Origin: Mytilus trossulus
Taxonomy: Eukaryota
Length of the DNA: 64,000 bases
NCBI RefSeq assembly: GCF_036588685.1
Contig: NC_086377.1
Location: forward strand, 15,128,001-15,192,000
Direction of reading: 5' to 3'
Part shown: piece after piece, positions 1 to 11,134 of the stretch
Layout: the number at the start of each line of letters is the position of its first letter
Position numbering within the stretch: the stretch's first letter is position 1
Notes under the pieces: model-generated
Database searches by the model: none
What the model was told of the DNA's origin: nothing
The model's input: the letters and a program-made list of their open reading frames with translations, nothing else
Made by a program: the position numbers and the translations under genes

Positions 1-117
1 GAGGCCGGAATCAGCAACGAGAAAGAAAACCAAACTTGAATATCAAGAAACTCGCTATTAATTTAATAAAGAAAACATTAAGATAAATACAATATAATTT
101 CAAAGTACACATTTTGA
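1..117. repeat. Dispersed duplicate of 11233-11349 (1 mismatch)
   Basis: gaggccggaatcagcaacgag...gtacacattttga occurs at both positions; the copy here is cut by the window edge. Confidence 0.9.
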
Positions 118-354
118 GTAGTGTGATTTGTGTGGAGCGAAACCAGAGTTGTGATCATATTTACATAAGGACCATAAAAGGGGACTATACAAACAAGGTC
201 TATTTACTTTAGGCCTAAGTCTATTTACATAGTAGTTCTTATCAACTCTTAAGTAAACAAAGTTTGTTTACATAGACTAAAAATAAACAAATCACCCAAG
301 TTACGTAATGTACAAACTGATCCAAAATGAGTAAAAAAAAGGGGGAGATTGATA

Positions 355-428
355 GATTGATTGTTGGTTGCTTAACGTCCAGTGGTAAATATTTCATGCA
401 TATTCAGGGCAATAACAAGTTAACAATA
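355..428 (-). mobile_element. SINE 3' tail fragment ((AATC)n tail family)
   Basis: gattgattgttggttgcttaacgtccagtggtaaatatttcatgcatattcagg is the reverse complement of the SINE 3' end at 42420-42487. Confidence 0.75.
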
Positions 429-634
429 AAAAAAAGGAAAAAAACTCTCTTGTTTGTTTGTTTTTTTTTTGTTTTTTTTTTTTTTACTATCATATTTCTT
501 TATTGAGATCGTCTCTTATATTTTATTTGAATCGAAAAACACAAAAAATATTATGTATATTTTTTCTCCGGAAAATAAAACACACTCCCACCCGAAACTG
601 ATATAGTTACCGCCATTTTGAAATTGTGAAAAAA

Positions 635-2232
635 ATGAAAATGTTGCAAACAGTAGTTATCGGATTATGTGTTATTGTTGGAGTTTTAACCAAGGTTATA
701 CCCATCACAAATATTTGTGAGAGTCAGGATGGTGTACTTAGGTGTTCGTACAGTGGTGAGGGGCAGTACATCTCCCTGCAAGATCTAAACAACATTCGAG
801 AGATTCGGTTTGAAAGATTTTTCCAACCATCAACACTTTTCATTGAGAATGCCAAACAATTACGTCAAATTATCATACAATCAGGATCTACGCAGTGTGA
901 GGATATTTCTTGCGACAACCCAAAAGTATTGATATCAATAGCAGGCATCCCTTGTCAAGTAAGTTGTAGACTGGATTTTATTTGAGTGTATTTTTTTGTA
1001 ATCAATTTATGTTTTGAAACGCTCCCCTTTAATTTCCATGATAACCAATTGATCAACTAATCACCAAAGAATAAAAACCAAGAACTGCAAAGGGCCATCT
1101 CAAAGGTGATAATGAAACAAGTTATCATCAACATTACAACCAACACAGCATTAAGTTAATATACTTCATTTTTTTTATAGATATTTAATAAAAGTATTTC
1201 AAATGTGAAATTAAACTACAACTATAATTTACATTGTATCAGAATTTACAAGAAAAGTTTTTTAGTTTTTTTATTCCTTCTTTTTCAGTCATCCAAATTC
1301 ACAACCTCCAGCATCACTTATACAACATCAGAACCTGCTTCCTCCCATCAGGTATGAGTATATCCTACAAATAAAATAATTTCTTTTATAGATAATGATA
1401 TCTTTTAGTATGTACATATGTAAATAAGATATAAAATAATTTCTTTTATAGATAATGATATCTTTTAGTATGTACATGTAAATAAGATAATAAAACAAAA
1501 AATATATTATTGAAACAAAATGGTATAATGATTTTTTTAAATTACAGACAGAAAGACCAATTACTTCCACTACCAGCACACCACCATCAACTTTGTCTTT
1601 ACAAAGTGTTCTCTTGGTTGTTTTTGGTGAGTTTTAATAGAACATAACTATTTTTAATATGTTTAATACATGTATGAAATGAAATTTAAAACAACTAAAT
1701 AGGATTAAACTTTTGGTAAACAATTTAACCACCAACCCTATAATTTTAGTAGACAATTGTATATCTTAGTGGTTGATTATATAAATAAGCAATCAAAGAG
1801 AGAGAAGAGAGAGTTGTATTTTAATGAATTGATAGAATGAATGGAAGTCAACACCATGTTCAACAATACATTTGTACTATATATATAGCTACAACCAATT
1901 TGGGTAGACAACTGGTAAACCTTACCACTTTCAGCTAAAGGTTGTTTTTTTTGTGTGTATGTTGAAATAAAATATGAAAATTTTATAGTAAAAATTTAAA
2001 AGAAAAGATAGATTTTAAAATTGTCTTTTTTTTTTGCATTGCAGCTTCCCTAGCTATATTCGTTGGAATCCTTTTCACCATACACTTTGTAAGGAAATAT
2101 TTACAAAAAAAATCAACTAGACCACATTCTACACTAGACCAAGTTGTAATATCAAACTTTATTAATTCATCAAATTCCAGTATAGAACTTTTTAATTTAG
2201 AAAAGATAGACAGTATAAAAAAAAACGAATAA
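635..2232 (+). CDS. Spliced type-I membrane glycoprotein, apparently intact, ~217 aa; exons 635-958, 1289-1351, 1548-1626, 2045-2232; alternative last exon 2246-2474
   Basis: Signal peptide and Cys ectodomain (CSYSGEGQY...GIPCQ|gtaagt). S/T-rich exons, GT-AG boundaries with matching phases (0,0,1). TM SVLLVVFASLAIFVGILFTIHFV followed by RKYLQKK. Confidence 0.75.
1365..1490. repeat. 60-bp tandem duplication in intron
   Basis: ataaaataatttcttttatagataatgatatcttttagtatgtacat repeated at 60-nt spacing. Confidence 0.8.
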
Positions 2233-2528
2233 CTTTATTTTGCAGAAATTATTCTCTGTGCTCTATATGCATTCAGACCACAACTTGCTAATAATATACA
2301 AAGATTTTACGAACTTCTATTCCCAAATCGACCACTCCGACATCAACCCATCAACATTAACCAACAACCCATCAACATTAACCAAAGACCAAGAAGAAGA
2401 AGACAACATCAACCAAGAGTTCGAAATCTACCACTTAAAGCTAGAAACCAGCCAGACCGCCTTATGTACTATTAAAATGATTATTTCAAATTCACTATAC
2501 CTTAATTATGTTCTGACCACCTCCCTCC

Positions 2529-2793
2529 TCAATCTTCTATTTCATCATCACTGATTTCATAAAACCCCCCATCATCATCATCATCTTCTTCTTCTTCCTC
2601 TATCATTCCCATCATTACAAGTAAAACTAAGTCCAACTCCTCATCATCTAAGTGATAGATTTGGTAAATCATATCCTGATTTTCATCCACATCCTCATCC
2701 ACATCCTCGTCATCAGACAAATATATTTCATTTAACATATCCTGATATTCAGGATCTAGAATCAAATATTCATCAATTTCATAATTTTCCATC
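2529..2793 (-). CDS. Small highly acidic protein (~87 aa from MENYEIDEY); paralogue of 37568-37783
   Basis: D/E-rich ORF. The motifs DP-x-Y-x-x-MLNE-x-Y-x-SDD and GFY-x-x-S are shared with the 37.6-kb copy. Confidence 0.6.
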
Positions 2794-3586
2794 TTTACTC
2801 TATTATGTTTTATCATAAAATGATAATTTTTGCTATATGATATTTTAAACTCATAAAAATATTTTATCATTTATTACTTAGAAGAGACACATGAGACAGG
2901 CAACTTTATTAGTGTCATTTTTATTATCCTTTTGAAACTTCTTGAATTTTATATAACACATGTTAAAGGGTAACTCCACAAGATCCAGAAGTTGATTTGT
3001 CACATCTATTACATATTTAATTATCTCTTCAAGTAAATACTGTCTACCTTGATAATGTCATATACAAACACAGATAATTTAAAGTGTGACATGGTATGAT
3101 AATATAATAATTATCTTGTTAAAGAAGCCTATTGATTGTTTACTGTACAGTTAAAAACTTATCTATTTATTGAACTTACTCAGGTAATTATCGGCAATGG
3201 ACATTTGAGCGCATTGACAGGACATTTGAGCGAAAAAAAAGGACGTTTGAGCGCCAAAGTATAGGACATTTGAGCGCCTAAATTTTAGGACATTTGAGCG
3301 AAAATAAGAATAAGCGTAGGACATTTGAGCGAAAACAAGTCTTGGATAGAGAATTGTCTTATTGGCAATCATACCACATTTTCTTACGAATATAGTTCAT
3401 TAAATGAGGAGTTTACCAACAAAAAGATTAAAACATATTTTAATTGTAAAAAACAAAGCACTAAAAACAAAGCACAGTCATAAAACAGGAGTTTACCAAC
3501 AAAAAGATTAAAACATCTTTTAATTGTAAACAAAGCACTAAAAACAAAGCACTGTCATAAAACATAAAACTCGGCAACGGCATTAT

Positions 3587-4146
3587 TTACAAGTCTGTTC
3601 GGGCTTGGAACTTATATCCCAGGCTTCTGACATAAAAATCCCTCGTAATTTCCTGCTGGCAGTATTTCGAATGCAAATCCCGGAGATTCTGTTCCTTCTC
3701 CTTTTCTGTTCGGCTCTGCGGTGCATCAATGTTCAAAATCCGAATTTTTATGTTAGTCACAGATTGCAATTTGATAATAGTGTCAAGGAAAGTATAAATT
3801 GATGGATGACTGTGATAGAACTGCTCGTTATAATGGGCATGAAATGATTCGGGCCCATTGTTAGTACGTTTTAACGAGGATGGAACTTCGGCCCAGAGAT
3901 GAGGGGGAAATAACGATTCATCTGTTATATAAGTATCAGTCAGGTAATCTGCAAATTCTATACAAGGCTTGTCGTTAGGTACAACGGCCATAAAATCTTC
4001 TACGAAACAGTCGGCTACTTCGTCTGGAGCTAAAAAGGCTATCCCAAAAATCCCTTTAAGCCATTTACTAATGTCTGAATCAAGCTCTTTGTATTGTTGA
4101 CTAAGTCCAACTTTCTGGATTTTTCGCCACCAGGCTTGGCCTAAGT
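3587..4146 (-). pseudogene. MULE transposase C-terminal part
   Basis: LGQAWWRKIQ..., PPHLW, RTNNGPESFH, HPSIYTFL motifs typical of MULE DDE transposases; truncated at about 4146. Confidence 0.85.
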
Positions 4147-4235
4147 AGTAGTAGATGTAGTATGAATCCTAAAAAGACAACTCCTCATCCAAGACACAAT
4201 ATAATTAAAACAAGCAATTATATATTGTATATATA

Positions 4236-4342
4236 CACTGTAAAAATTGTGTTTAGGGCCTAAACACTTTTCTATACACATTTCATGTTAGATCTAAACA
4301 TGTTTAGGAAATGTTTAGGCTCTAAGCACAATTTTTACAGTG
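4236..4342. mobile_element. 107-bp hairpin MITE nested in the MULE
   Basis: TIRs cactgtaaaaattgtg / cacaatttttacagtg flanked by TA. Confidence 0.7.
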
Positions 4343-4610
4343 TATTGTATGAATATTGTAAAGTGCCTAGAAAATCAACCTAACAATGTTATATAGGTTA
4401 CAGTACGACCTTCAACATGGAGCCTTGATACCTAACCCTATATGTGGTAGCTTATATTCAAATGTGTTAAAAAATTAATCTAAAGGAGGTATAAGATAGA
4501 CATATAATGATATAGATATAAATCAAAATTAAAAGAAGTTATGGAAGTTGAAGCGTAACAGACGAACAAGTAGTTTACATTAACATTAAATTTGTAAAAA
4601 AAGGTACTTA

Positions 4611-4725
4611 CTGTACATCTCCAGGATATTTCTTCTCCTTTTAGTGTTTTGTCCACTCTATATCGGAAACTGTCACAAACAAGGCTTCTTTTTCCCTTAT
4701 TAGTCTCGGTCAAAATAATATCCAT
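4611..4725 (-). pseudogene. FLYWCH zinc-finger first exon of the MULE transposase
   Basis: MDIILTETNKGKRSLVCDSFRYRVDKTLKGEEISWRCT followed by a gtaagt donor. Confidence 0.7.
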
Positions 4726-6459
4726 TTTAACACGTACATGTATTATTAGTATTAAGATTTCAAGGGACATTTCACTTAATAGATATATATATAAGAATTT
4801 TAGAACAAAGAAAATTTGCATAGCCAATGAATTATAGTAGAATTGATTGGTAAATAGAGATCAACTTTGGATTTCACTTACATAAACCAGCCAGAACCGG
4901 TCGAATTACTCGGGTGTGAAATAAAATAAAAAATATTTATAACTAAATCTTACTTTTTTTTCTTACTTTTAAAAAAAAATCTTAATTCGTGTAAAATTAT
5001 CAGGGAAAATTTCGCTCAAATGTCCTGTCTGAAAACTCAGGTAAGGTTAATATCCCGGCGCTCAAATGTCCTATGAAGTCGGCGCTCAAATGACCCTATG
5101 TGCTTTTTTCTTTTTCGCTCAAATGTCCTATGCCCGTAATTATTACCCCCCTACCTACTTCCAAAATGTTAATTAAGAACTATACTTATAAGTATCCCAT
5201 ATGTTAGAGGTTATAAATTACCCACCTGTTTAATTTTAAACAAGATAATCTATATTTAACCTTTATATTATTTTTTTTAAATTATGTTTAAATTAGATAA
5301 ATACTTTTAATATATTTTTTAATATAGAATTAAAATTTTAGTCTTCAACATTCCTTTTCATGTAAACTATAATGTTCTAATTAGTACATTGTTGAATGTA
5401 AATATGTTATATACTGATGTTAAATGGTATTAATTAGTTGTTGTCACTGTACAGTTTATTTAGTTCTCAGATAATATGATAGTTATTCTGACCTACCTAC
5501 AAAAACAATAGTCTCGACAAAGATTTTATTCAAATCTAAATAATAGACAAATAGTTTTATTAAATAATGTTTGCTATTCATTATTTGAGTTGATAAAAAA
5601 AAACACTGATGCAATACTTGTGATAATACCATTAGGTTGGAAACTTTTTATAGTACTTTTATTGTTAAACACTCATATCATATGTTGTATTTTTTTTTGT
5701 TGTTGCCATAAATGTTATTAAACTATTGATAGTGCTGCTTGTACAGATAATGAATGATATTGGACCATTCAAAAGTATTTATTTGATTTGCAAACATTTA
5801 TTTTAATTTTTTTAAAGAAATTAAATGAGAATGAACATGGTGAAAGGAGAATAAAAGTATTCCTTATGAATTGAATAACTTATTTTGAATGGTCTTGTGT
5901 AAATATGTTTTTTTAATATATTCAATCAAACTTATGTATTTCATGTGATATAATATATATCAACATACAATCAAACTTGAGTAAGTTTTAAACTTTTTTT
6001 AATCACAAGATCTTTTTTTTCCAAACACTTATTTTTGTATATTTTTACAACTTAAAAGAAGAATAACAATTGGTTTTCTTTATATCATCCATAGTTTAAG
6101 GTTTGATTACATAGTACATAATACTCAATTTGTTGATGCTCAAAAGATATCATATCTACCACATAGTTGTTCAAGAAAAAAATGTGTTCATATTATACTG
6201 TTTTTTTTATATTCTCTTTATTAAAATTGCTATTGCAATTTAGATCTTGTATCAAGCTAAACTGTTACTATATTTATTATACCATGTTGTTTTTTTTTAA
6301 TTTTATATCAGATAGAATAAAAAGTTTTTGAATTTGATTAGCCTTAATTTTTTTATACCAACAACAGACAAAATCACCCTGCCTACCTGTCTGTCTAGAG
6401 TTGAAGTTCACCACCTCAACATATACATAAAAAAAACAACAACAAAAAAACACACAAAA

Positions 6460-7420
6460 AACTAGAAGTTATTGTTACAGTGAAACCTGTCTAAACCAAA
6501 CCCTTTCGGTTTTGGCAGGTATTCGGTTTAATCAGGTTCACAATGTATAAAATGTGATATGATTGTTCTTCATAATAAGTTTGGTTTAGACAGGTTTCCG
6601 GTTTATTCAGGGTTCGGTTTAATCAGGTTTCACTGTATACCCTAACAAAGTTCAGCAGAGAGTATTAGTATATAGAGAGCAATTTGTTTGTCTTAACTCT
6701 TGTGTTTATTCATTATCATGAATGTATGTTACAAACACAAAACAAAACAAAAAAAATCAAAAAAAACTTGTAGGTGAAAGTTCTGAAGAAAGGAATTAGA
6801 GGTTATTGTTATACCCAAATAAAGTTCAGCAGAGAGTATTAAATCAAACTTATAGGTGAAAGTTCTGAAAAAAGGAACTAGAGGTTATTGTTATATCCTA
6901 ACAAAGTTCAGCAGAGAGTATTAGTATATAGAGATCAATTTGCCTGTCTTACTCTCTGTGTTTATTCATTATCATAAGGTATGTAACAAACACAAAACAA
7001 AACAAAAAAAAAATCAAATTTATAGGCGAAAGCTCTGAAGAAAGTAACTAGAGGTTATTGTTATACCTAAATAAAGTTCAGCAGAGAGTATTAGTGTAAA
7101 GAAATCAATTTGTCTGTTTTAACTCTCTGTGTAGAAACTGCTGGTGAAATTCCTAAAGAAAGAAACTATAAGTTATTATTATACCATAACAAATTTAAGC
7201 GGAGATTATTAATATACAGAAATCAATTTGTCTGTCTACCTCTCTGTTAAGAAACTGTTGGATTATTCTTTATTCATTATTATGAGGTAAAATACAAACA
7301 AGAACATAAAAAAACCCGAAGGCGAAAGTTCTGAAGAAAGGAATTACAGGTTATTGTTATATCCAAATAAAGTTCAGCGGAGAGTATTAGTCTATAGAGA
7401 TCAATTTGTTTGACTGTCTT
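6460..7420. repeat. Degenerate tandem array, about 6 copies of core gaggttattgttata-N-aaagttcagcagagagtatt (spacing ~80-180 bp)
   Basis: Core recurs near 6465/6637 (split by a MITE), 6799, 6881, 7051, 7171, 7349. Confidence 0.8.
6478..6635. mobile_element. Tc1/mariner-pogo-type MITE
   Basis: TIRs cagtgaaacctg / caggtttcactg, TA duplication; interrupts one unit of the tandem array. Confidence 0.85.
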
Positions 7421-7454
7421 TCTGTACAGGAGTCAGTTTCACAAAAAAAAATAC

Positions 7455-7581
7455 TTAAACATTCCATTTGCATTTTCAAGAAGTCGTTGAACAAAGGATG
7501 TGTGCCACAACCTGTAGATCCGACAACAAGCATAGAAGTTGGACATTCAAAAGGTACAAGACTTTTGGTCTCCCACCACAT
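7455..7581 (-). pseudogene. N-terminal fragment of a Polinton-type A32/FtsK-like DNA packaging ATPase
   Basis: LVPFECPTSMLVVGSTGCG, then a 1-nt frameshift, then TSFVQRLLENANGMFK: Walker A with the characteristic PF-x-x-P prefix. Confidence 0.7.
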
Positions 7582-7779
7582 CTTCATTCGTATGCAATCA
7601 AACAATAAACTGATTGAAAATGTAATGGGTATTACTATATAAAGGAACCAAAAAAAACAAACAATTATATTAATATTAATATTTTTATTAGATAAAATTA
7701 CATATTATTGGTTGATGTGAACATAAAATACCACCAGCAACATTTATTATCTACTCTACAATTGCTAAATATTTTCATA

Positions 7780-8207
7780 TATGAAGATTAGTTAGTTTCT
7801 ACATGTTCTCCGTACAGCTTTGCATATAATAAAATGCCACATATCTCTCTTAAAACACCCCCTGAAATCTCTTAAAACGAATACATCTAAATGTTGTAAG
7901 TATGATAAAATCTCCTGTTCACGTAAATACCCACAATATATAATATCCATGAAACATATAAAGAATTTATGTTGTCAAAATCGATGTTACGCTGATCAAT
8001 CAACTCTTCTCCAACATAAAAAATATCTAAATCGTAGAAGTTAGAACTTTTTATAAATTGTTCATAGCAAAAATCTACAAATTGTTTTAAAATTAAAGTT
8101 GGGAATGTTACTAAGAAGTCTCTAATGACTTCTGGGGATTGACATGTTCTACTTATCCGATAAAGTGTTTCCATGGACAATTGAAAAAGGGATTGTTGTG
8201 TTGTCAT
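7780..8207 (-). pseudogene. Orphan ORF, frameshifted near 7940; N-terminus resembles a BC/SOCS box
   Basis: MTTQQSLFQLSMETLYRIS...IRDFLVTFPTLILKQF; reading continues in another frame (YCGYLREQEILSYLQHLDVFVLRDF). Confidence 0.35.
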
Positions 8208-8447
8208 TGCTAAATTATTGATAGTATATAATAAATTTCTCAATAAAGAAAAAAATACAAAAATAGTGAGATCAGATTATTCAAATAAGAATACAAAAAC
8301 AAAAAACATCAACTAAATATTCAAGTTTTGAATATCAATTACAAAATTATATTTGATTAACGACAAAATATTCACATATGGTATTTTTCTCTAAATGTTT
8401 ATATATTTACTTTTTTTTTTTCTTTAAATGTCTATACACATATAATC

Positions 8448-10286
8448 TCATTCGAAATCCGATTCGGAGGAGTCCGTTATTTCGATAACCTTCGGTCTCT
8501 TTGTGGTGAAGGTTTGCTTCTGAAATAAAAAAAAAGAAGAAATATTTTAGAAATTATAAAACTAAGAAGTTATCTCCATACATATGTAGGACTTTTAATT
8601 TATACTTGCTATTCTTACTTTTAAACCAATCAAATGGTAAATAAAAATAAAATCATGTTTGAAATTGGGTTTAAACAAGAGATGAATAGTATATTGTGAA
8701 TCAGTTTACAATCATGGATGATATAGAAAACAATCTAAACGATCTTGAAAGATCAGTGAATAGTAGAACTTTTCTTTTAGTGAAAATTATAGGTATATCT
8801 CTGATCCTATATTCCACTGGAGTTTCTATGGTAGCGGTTATAGAAATGGTTGGTGATCGTTCAAATTCAACATCAATATTTCAACAATTTCAGCTTAAAC
8901 GACCTAAACCGATCTTAGTTCCATGCATAGAAAAGTTAAAGTTTGCGATTGTGGGAGATGTATTTGTAAGAGTGTGTGCAAACATAAATGCGATAGTTGA
9001 CATTAGACAGTACAGAAACCAAACACCAACATCAACGGGGATATTTTTATCTACAACTCAGTATGAACATTTAAAAACAACTATCTTGCAAATAGACGAT
9101 TCTATAAAAAACATTACTAAAACAAAGTGAGAGAAAAAAATATCGAACTTGTGTATGTGTAATATGTAAACGTTTAACTAAAAAAAAACAAAAAAAAACA
9201 AACAAACATTGATAATAAAAAGTTATTCAAAATAGTGTTTCTTACCTCTTCTTCACTTCCTATAGTCTTGTGGCGACTTTCTATCGCTTCACTCAGAACA
9301 GATGGATTGTTCTTAACATTTGTCAGTTTCCGTTTTCGTTTGGTGATCTGAAGAAAATAATAAAAAAAAGTTACAGGAGAAATGTAATTCAAAGTTTTGC
9401 TTACATCAGTTTACAATATAAAACCAATTTTCTATTTAGGAAAAAAAAGTTATTAATTATCAATGAAATTCATATAAATAGATTTGTTATCCTCACCTTG
9501 TTGGTTGATTTCACGGGAGATGTAGCTACTTCCTGCTGTGGTGGTTTTTGTGTGGCGATCTACAATGGAAAAAAATATAACATAAATATCAAACATGACA
9601 TTGGAAACAATTTCAAAATATAGTTGAACAATTTAATGGATATGCATTAACTTTTTTTTGTAAACGTGAAAATTACACACATACACTTACATTTCTTAGT
9701 AAATGAAAATCTCTTTACTTTAAAAACTACATAATTCAAACAAAAAGATAGTATAGCATGTTATGAAAAAACAGAGATGGGTGATGTACAAAATAAAGAT
9801 AGTTAGATAAAAATAAACTTACATCGTAGTCTGCGCTTTTCTCTTCCTTTTTGGGATATAATCTTTTATTCTTAAAAGAAAAAAACATAAAATAAACAAC
9901 TACGCTTAAATCTTTGAATTTTTAAAAATTATTTGAATATTTTCAACAATACATACAACTTTCAAATGAAGACGAGTAAACCTTCTTTCTTGTTTTTATG
10001 AAAATCTCACTAAATGTTTTTATGAAAAGAAAAAGTCACAACTACATTTAGTAATTGAAATAAAAATTTAATCTACCTTATTTTGAATCACTTCCTTCGT
10101 ATCCGCAAAATTTCTTGTAAAGACTTCCATTAACTGCTCCATCTCATCTGCTCCTAATGAAATGGATTTTTGGTTTGGAATGTTCTCCAAGTGAACGTAA
10201 ACATACCCCTTCCACGAATTTATTGTAACTTTTTTGTTCCTACCAAATTTTAGTGTAGCCTTTGACTGGTCTTGGTTAAACTGCAT
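8448..10286 (-). CDS. Intact 5-exon PC4-like protein (164 aa); exons 10286-10077, 9870-9823, 9559-9497, 9347-9246, 8519-8448
   Basis: All four introns are GT-AG and phase 0, giving an open frame to TGA. Exon 1 FGRNKKVTINSWKGYVYVHL...SISLGADEMEQL fits the PC4 fold pattern. KRKRK NLS, acidic tail, upstream TATA at ~10366-10373. Confidence 0.75.
8714..9130 (+). CDS. Membrane-anchored PC4-domain protein nested in intron 4 of the antisense PC4-like gene
   Basis: Hydrophobic segment FLLVKIIGISLILYSTGVSMVAVI, then the PC4 signature VDIRQY...PT..GIFL...QYEHL. Confidence 0.7.
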   Translation: MDDIENNLNDLERSVNSRTFLLVKIIGISLILYSTGVSMVAVIEMVGDRSNSTSIFQQFQLKRPKPILVPCIEKLKFAIVGDVFVRVCANINAIVDIRQYRNQTPTSTGIFLSTTQYEHLKTTILQIDDSIKNITKTK

Positions 10287-10654
10287 GATGATTTGTTTTT
10301 CTTTTACGGTAATGGTTATTGGTAAAAAATCTGGAAGCAAGGTAGAGTTGAAGATATTTCGTTAGTTTATATAGGAAATGAGGTGTTATAATGTTTACTA
10401 GCAATTGGAAGATGGACGCGTATGTTAACACAACACACCAATACAATTGTTTTAAGGTGTGGCCAAGATAAAATTCGACATAAGCCACACCAATTTGATT
10501 TACAATTAACTTGAAATTGGAGATAAGATCATCAATTTATTAATTTATTTTAAAGACAAATTCGTGATAAAAAAAAAGAAGAACAAAAAAAACGATTTCG
10601 TATTATCATACTATAGTGTAATACAAATGTATTGTATTCGAGAAAAATGGAATT

Positions 10655-11134
10655 TGTTGAGACACTCGACGCAGCAGTAGCGATAGCTGTTGTGGCAGTT
10701 GCGGTTGTAGTTAAACTTGGATATAACGCAGCAAAATTTTGTGGCGTCTGTAACCGGGAATTTCCTGCAACAGATATCAGTGTTATAGAAAGCGTGGAAG
10801 GAATTATTGGCCGGTGTACGATAGATGGTCGTACTGGCGTGATACTTGATGGAAGAGTTGGCGGTCCTGTCCACGACGAAACGAAAGGATTAGATTTTAT
10901 AGGCGAAGACTGAGAAAAAGGCTGGTCGTCTCCGTAAGGGATTGTGGTATCGTTGTCACACTCGGCAACTTGGTGTTTAATTGGATAGCTCTTCTTGAAA
11001 CTAATAATATCGTCCTGCTGGTCTGCAAATATACCAAGGCCTTCAAATGCAGAGTCTAGTTTGTAATGAACCTGCTGTTTATAGTTATCAGGGGTCTTTC
11101 CAGGTTTCGCGGTTTTCTTTTCGTTGCTAAACAT
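10655..11134 (-). pseudogene. N-terminal half of a ~286-aa P/S/T-rich orphan protein (C-terminal half at 12547-13068)
   Basis: ORF 10550-11134 shares TLSIT...SSVST with ORF 12547-13107; 141-bp nucleotide duplication 10655-10795 = 12928-13068. Confidence 0.65.

Larger units (their letters stand above)
3192..5135 (-). mobile_element. Internally deleted Mutator-like (MULE) DNA transposon with FLYWCH domain
   Basis: 8-bp TSD gtaattat (3184-3191, 5136-5143). Imperfect TIRs with tandem ggacatttgagcg subterminal repeats in inverted orientation at both ends. The empty site is visible in the paralogous region near 38170. Confidence 0.9.

Noticed and set aside
3192-3335. CRISPR-like short repeats with spacers (also 24615-25040 and 6460-7420)
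   Set aside because: Eukaryotic context, no cas genes, and spacers too short or mutually related; explained as transposon subterminal or tandem repeats
10611-10913. ORFs 10611-10874 and 10632-10913 (also 3605, 13241, 13678, 18202, 40904, 44458, 45050)
   Set aside because: Shadow or alternate frames of better-supported genes
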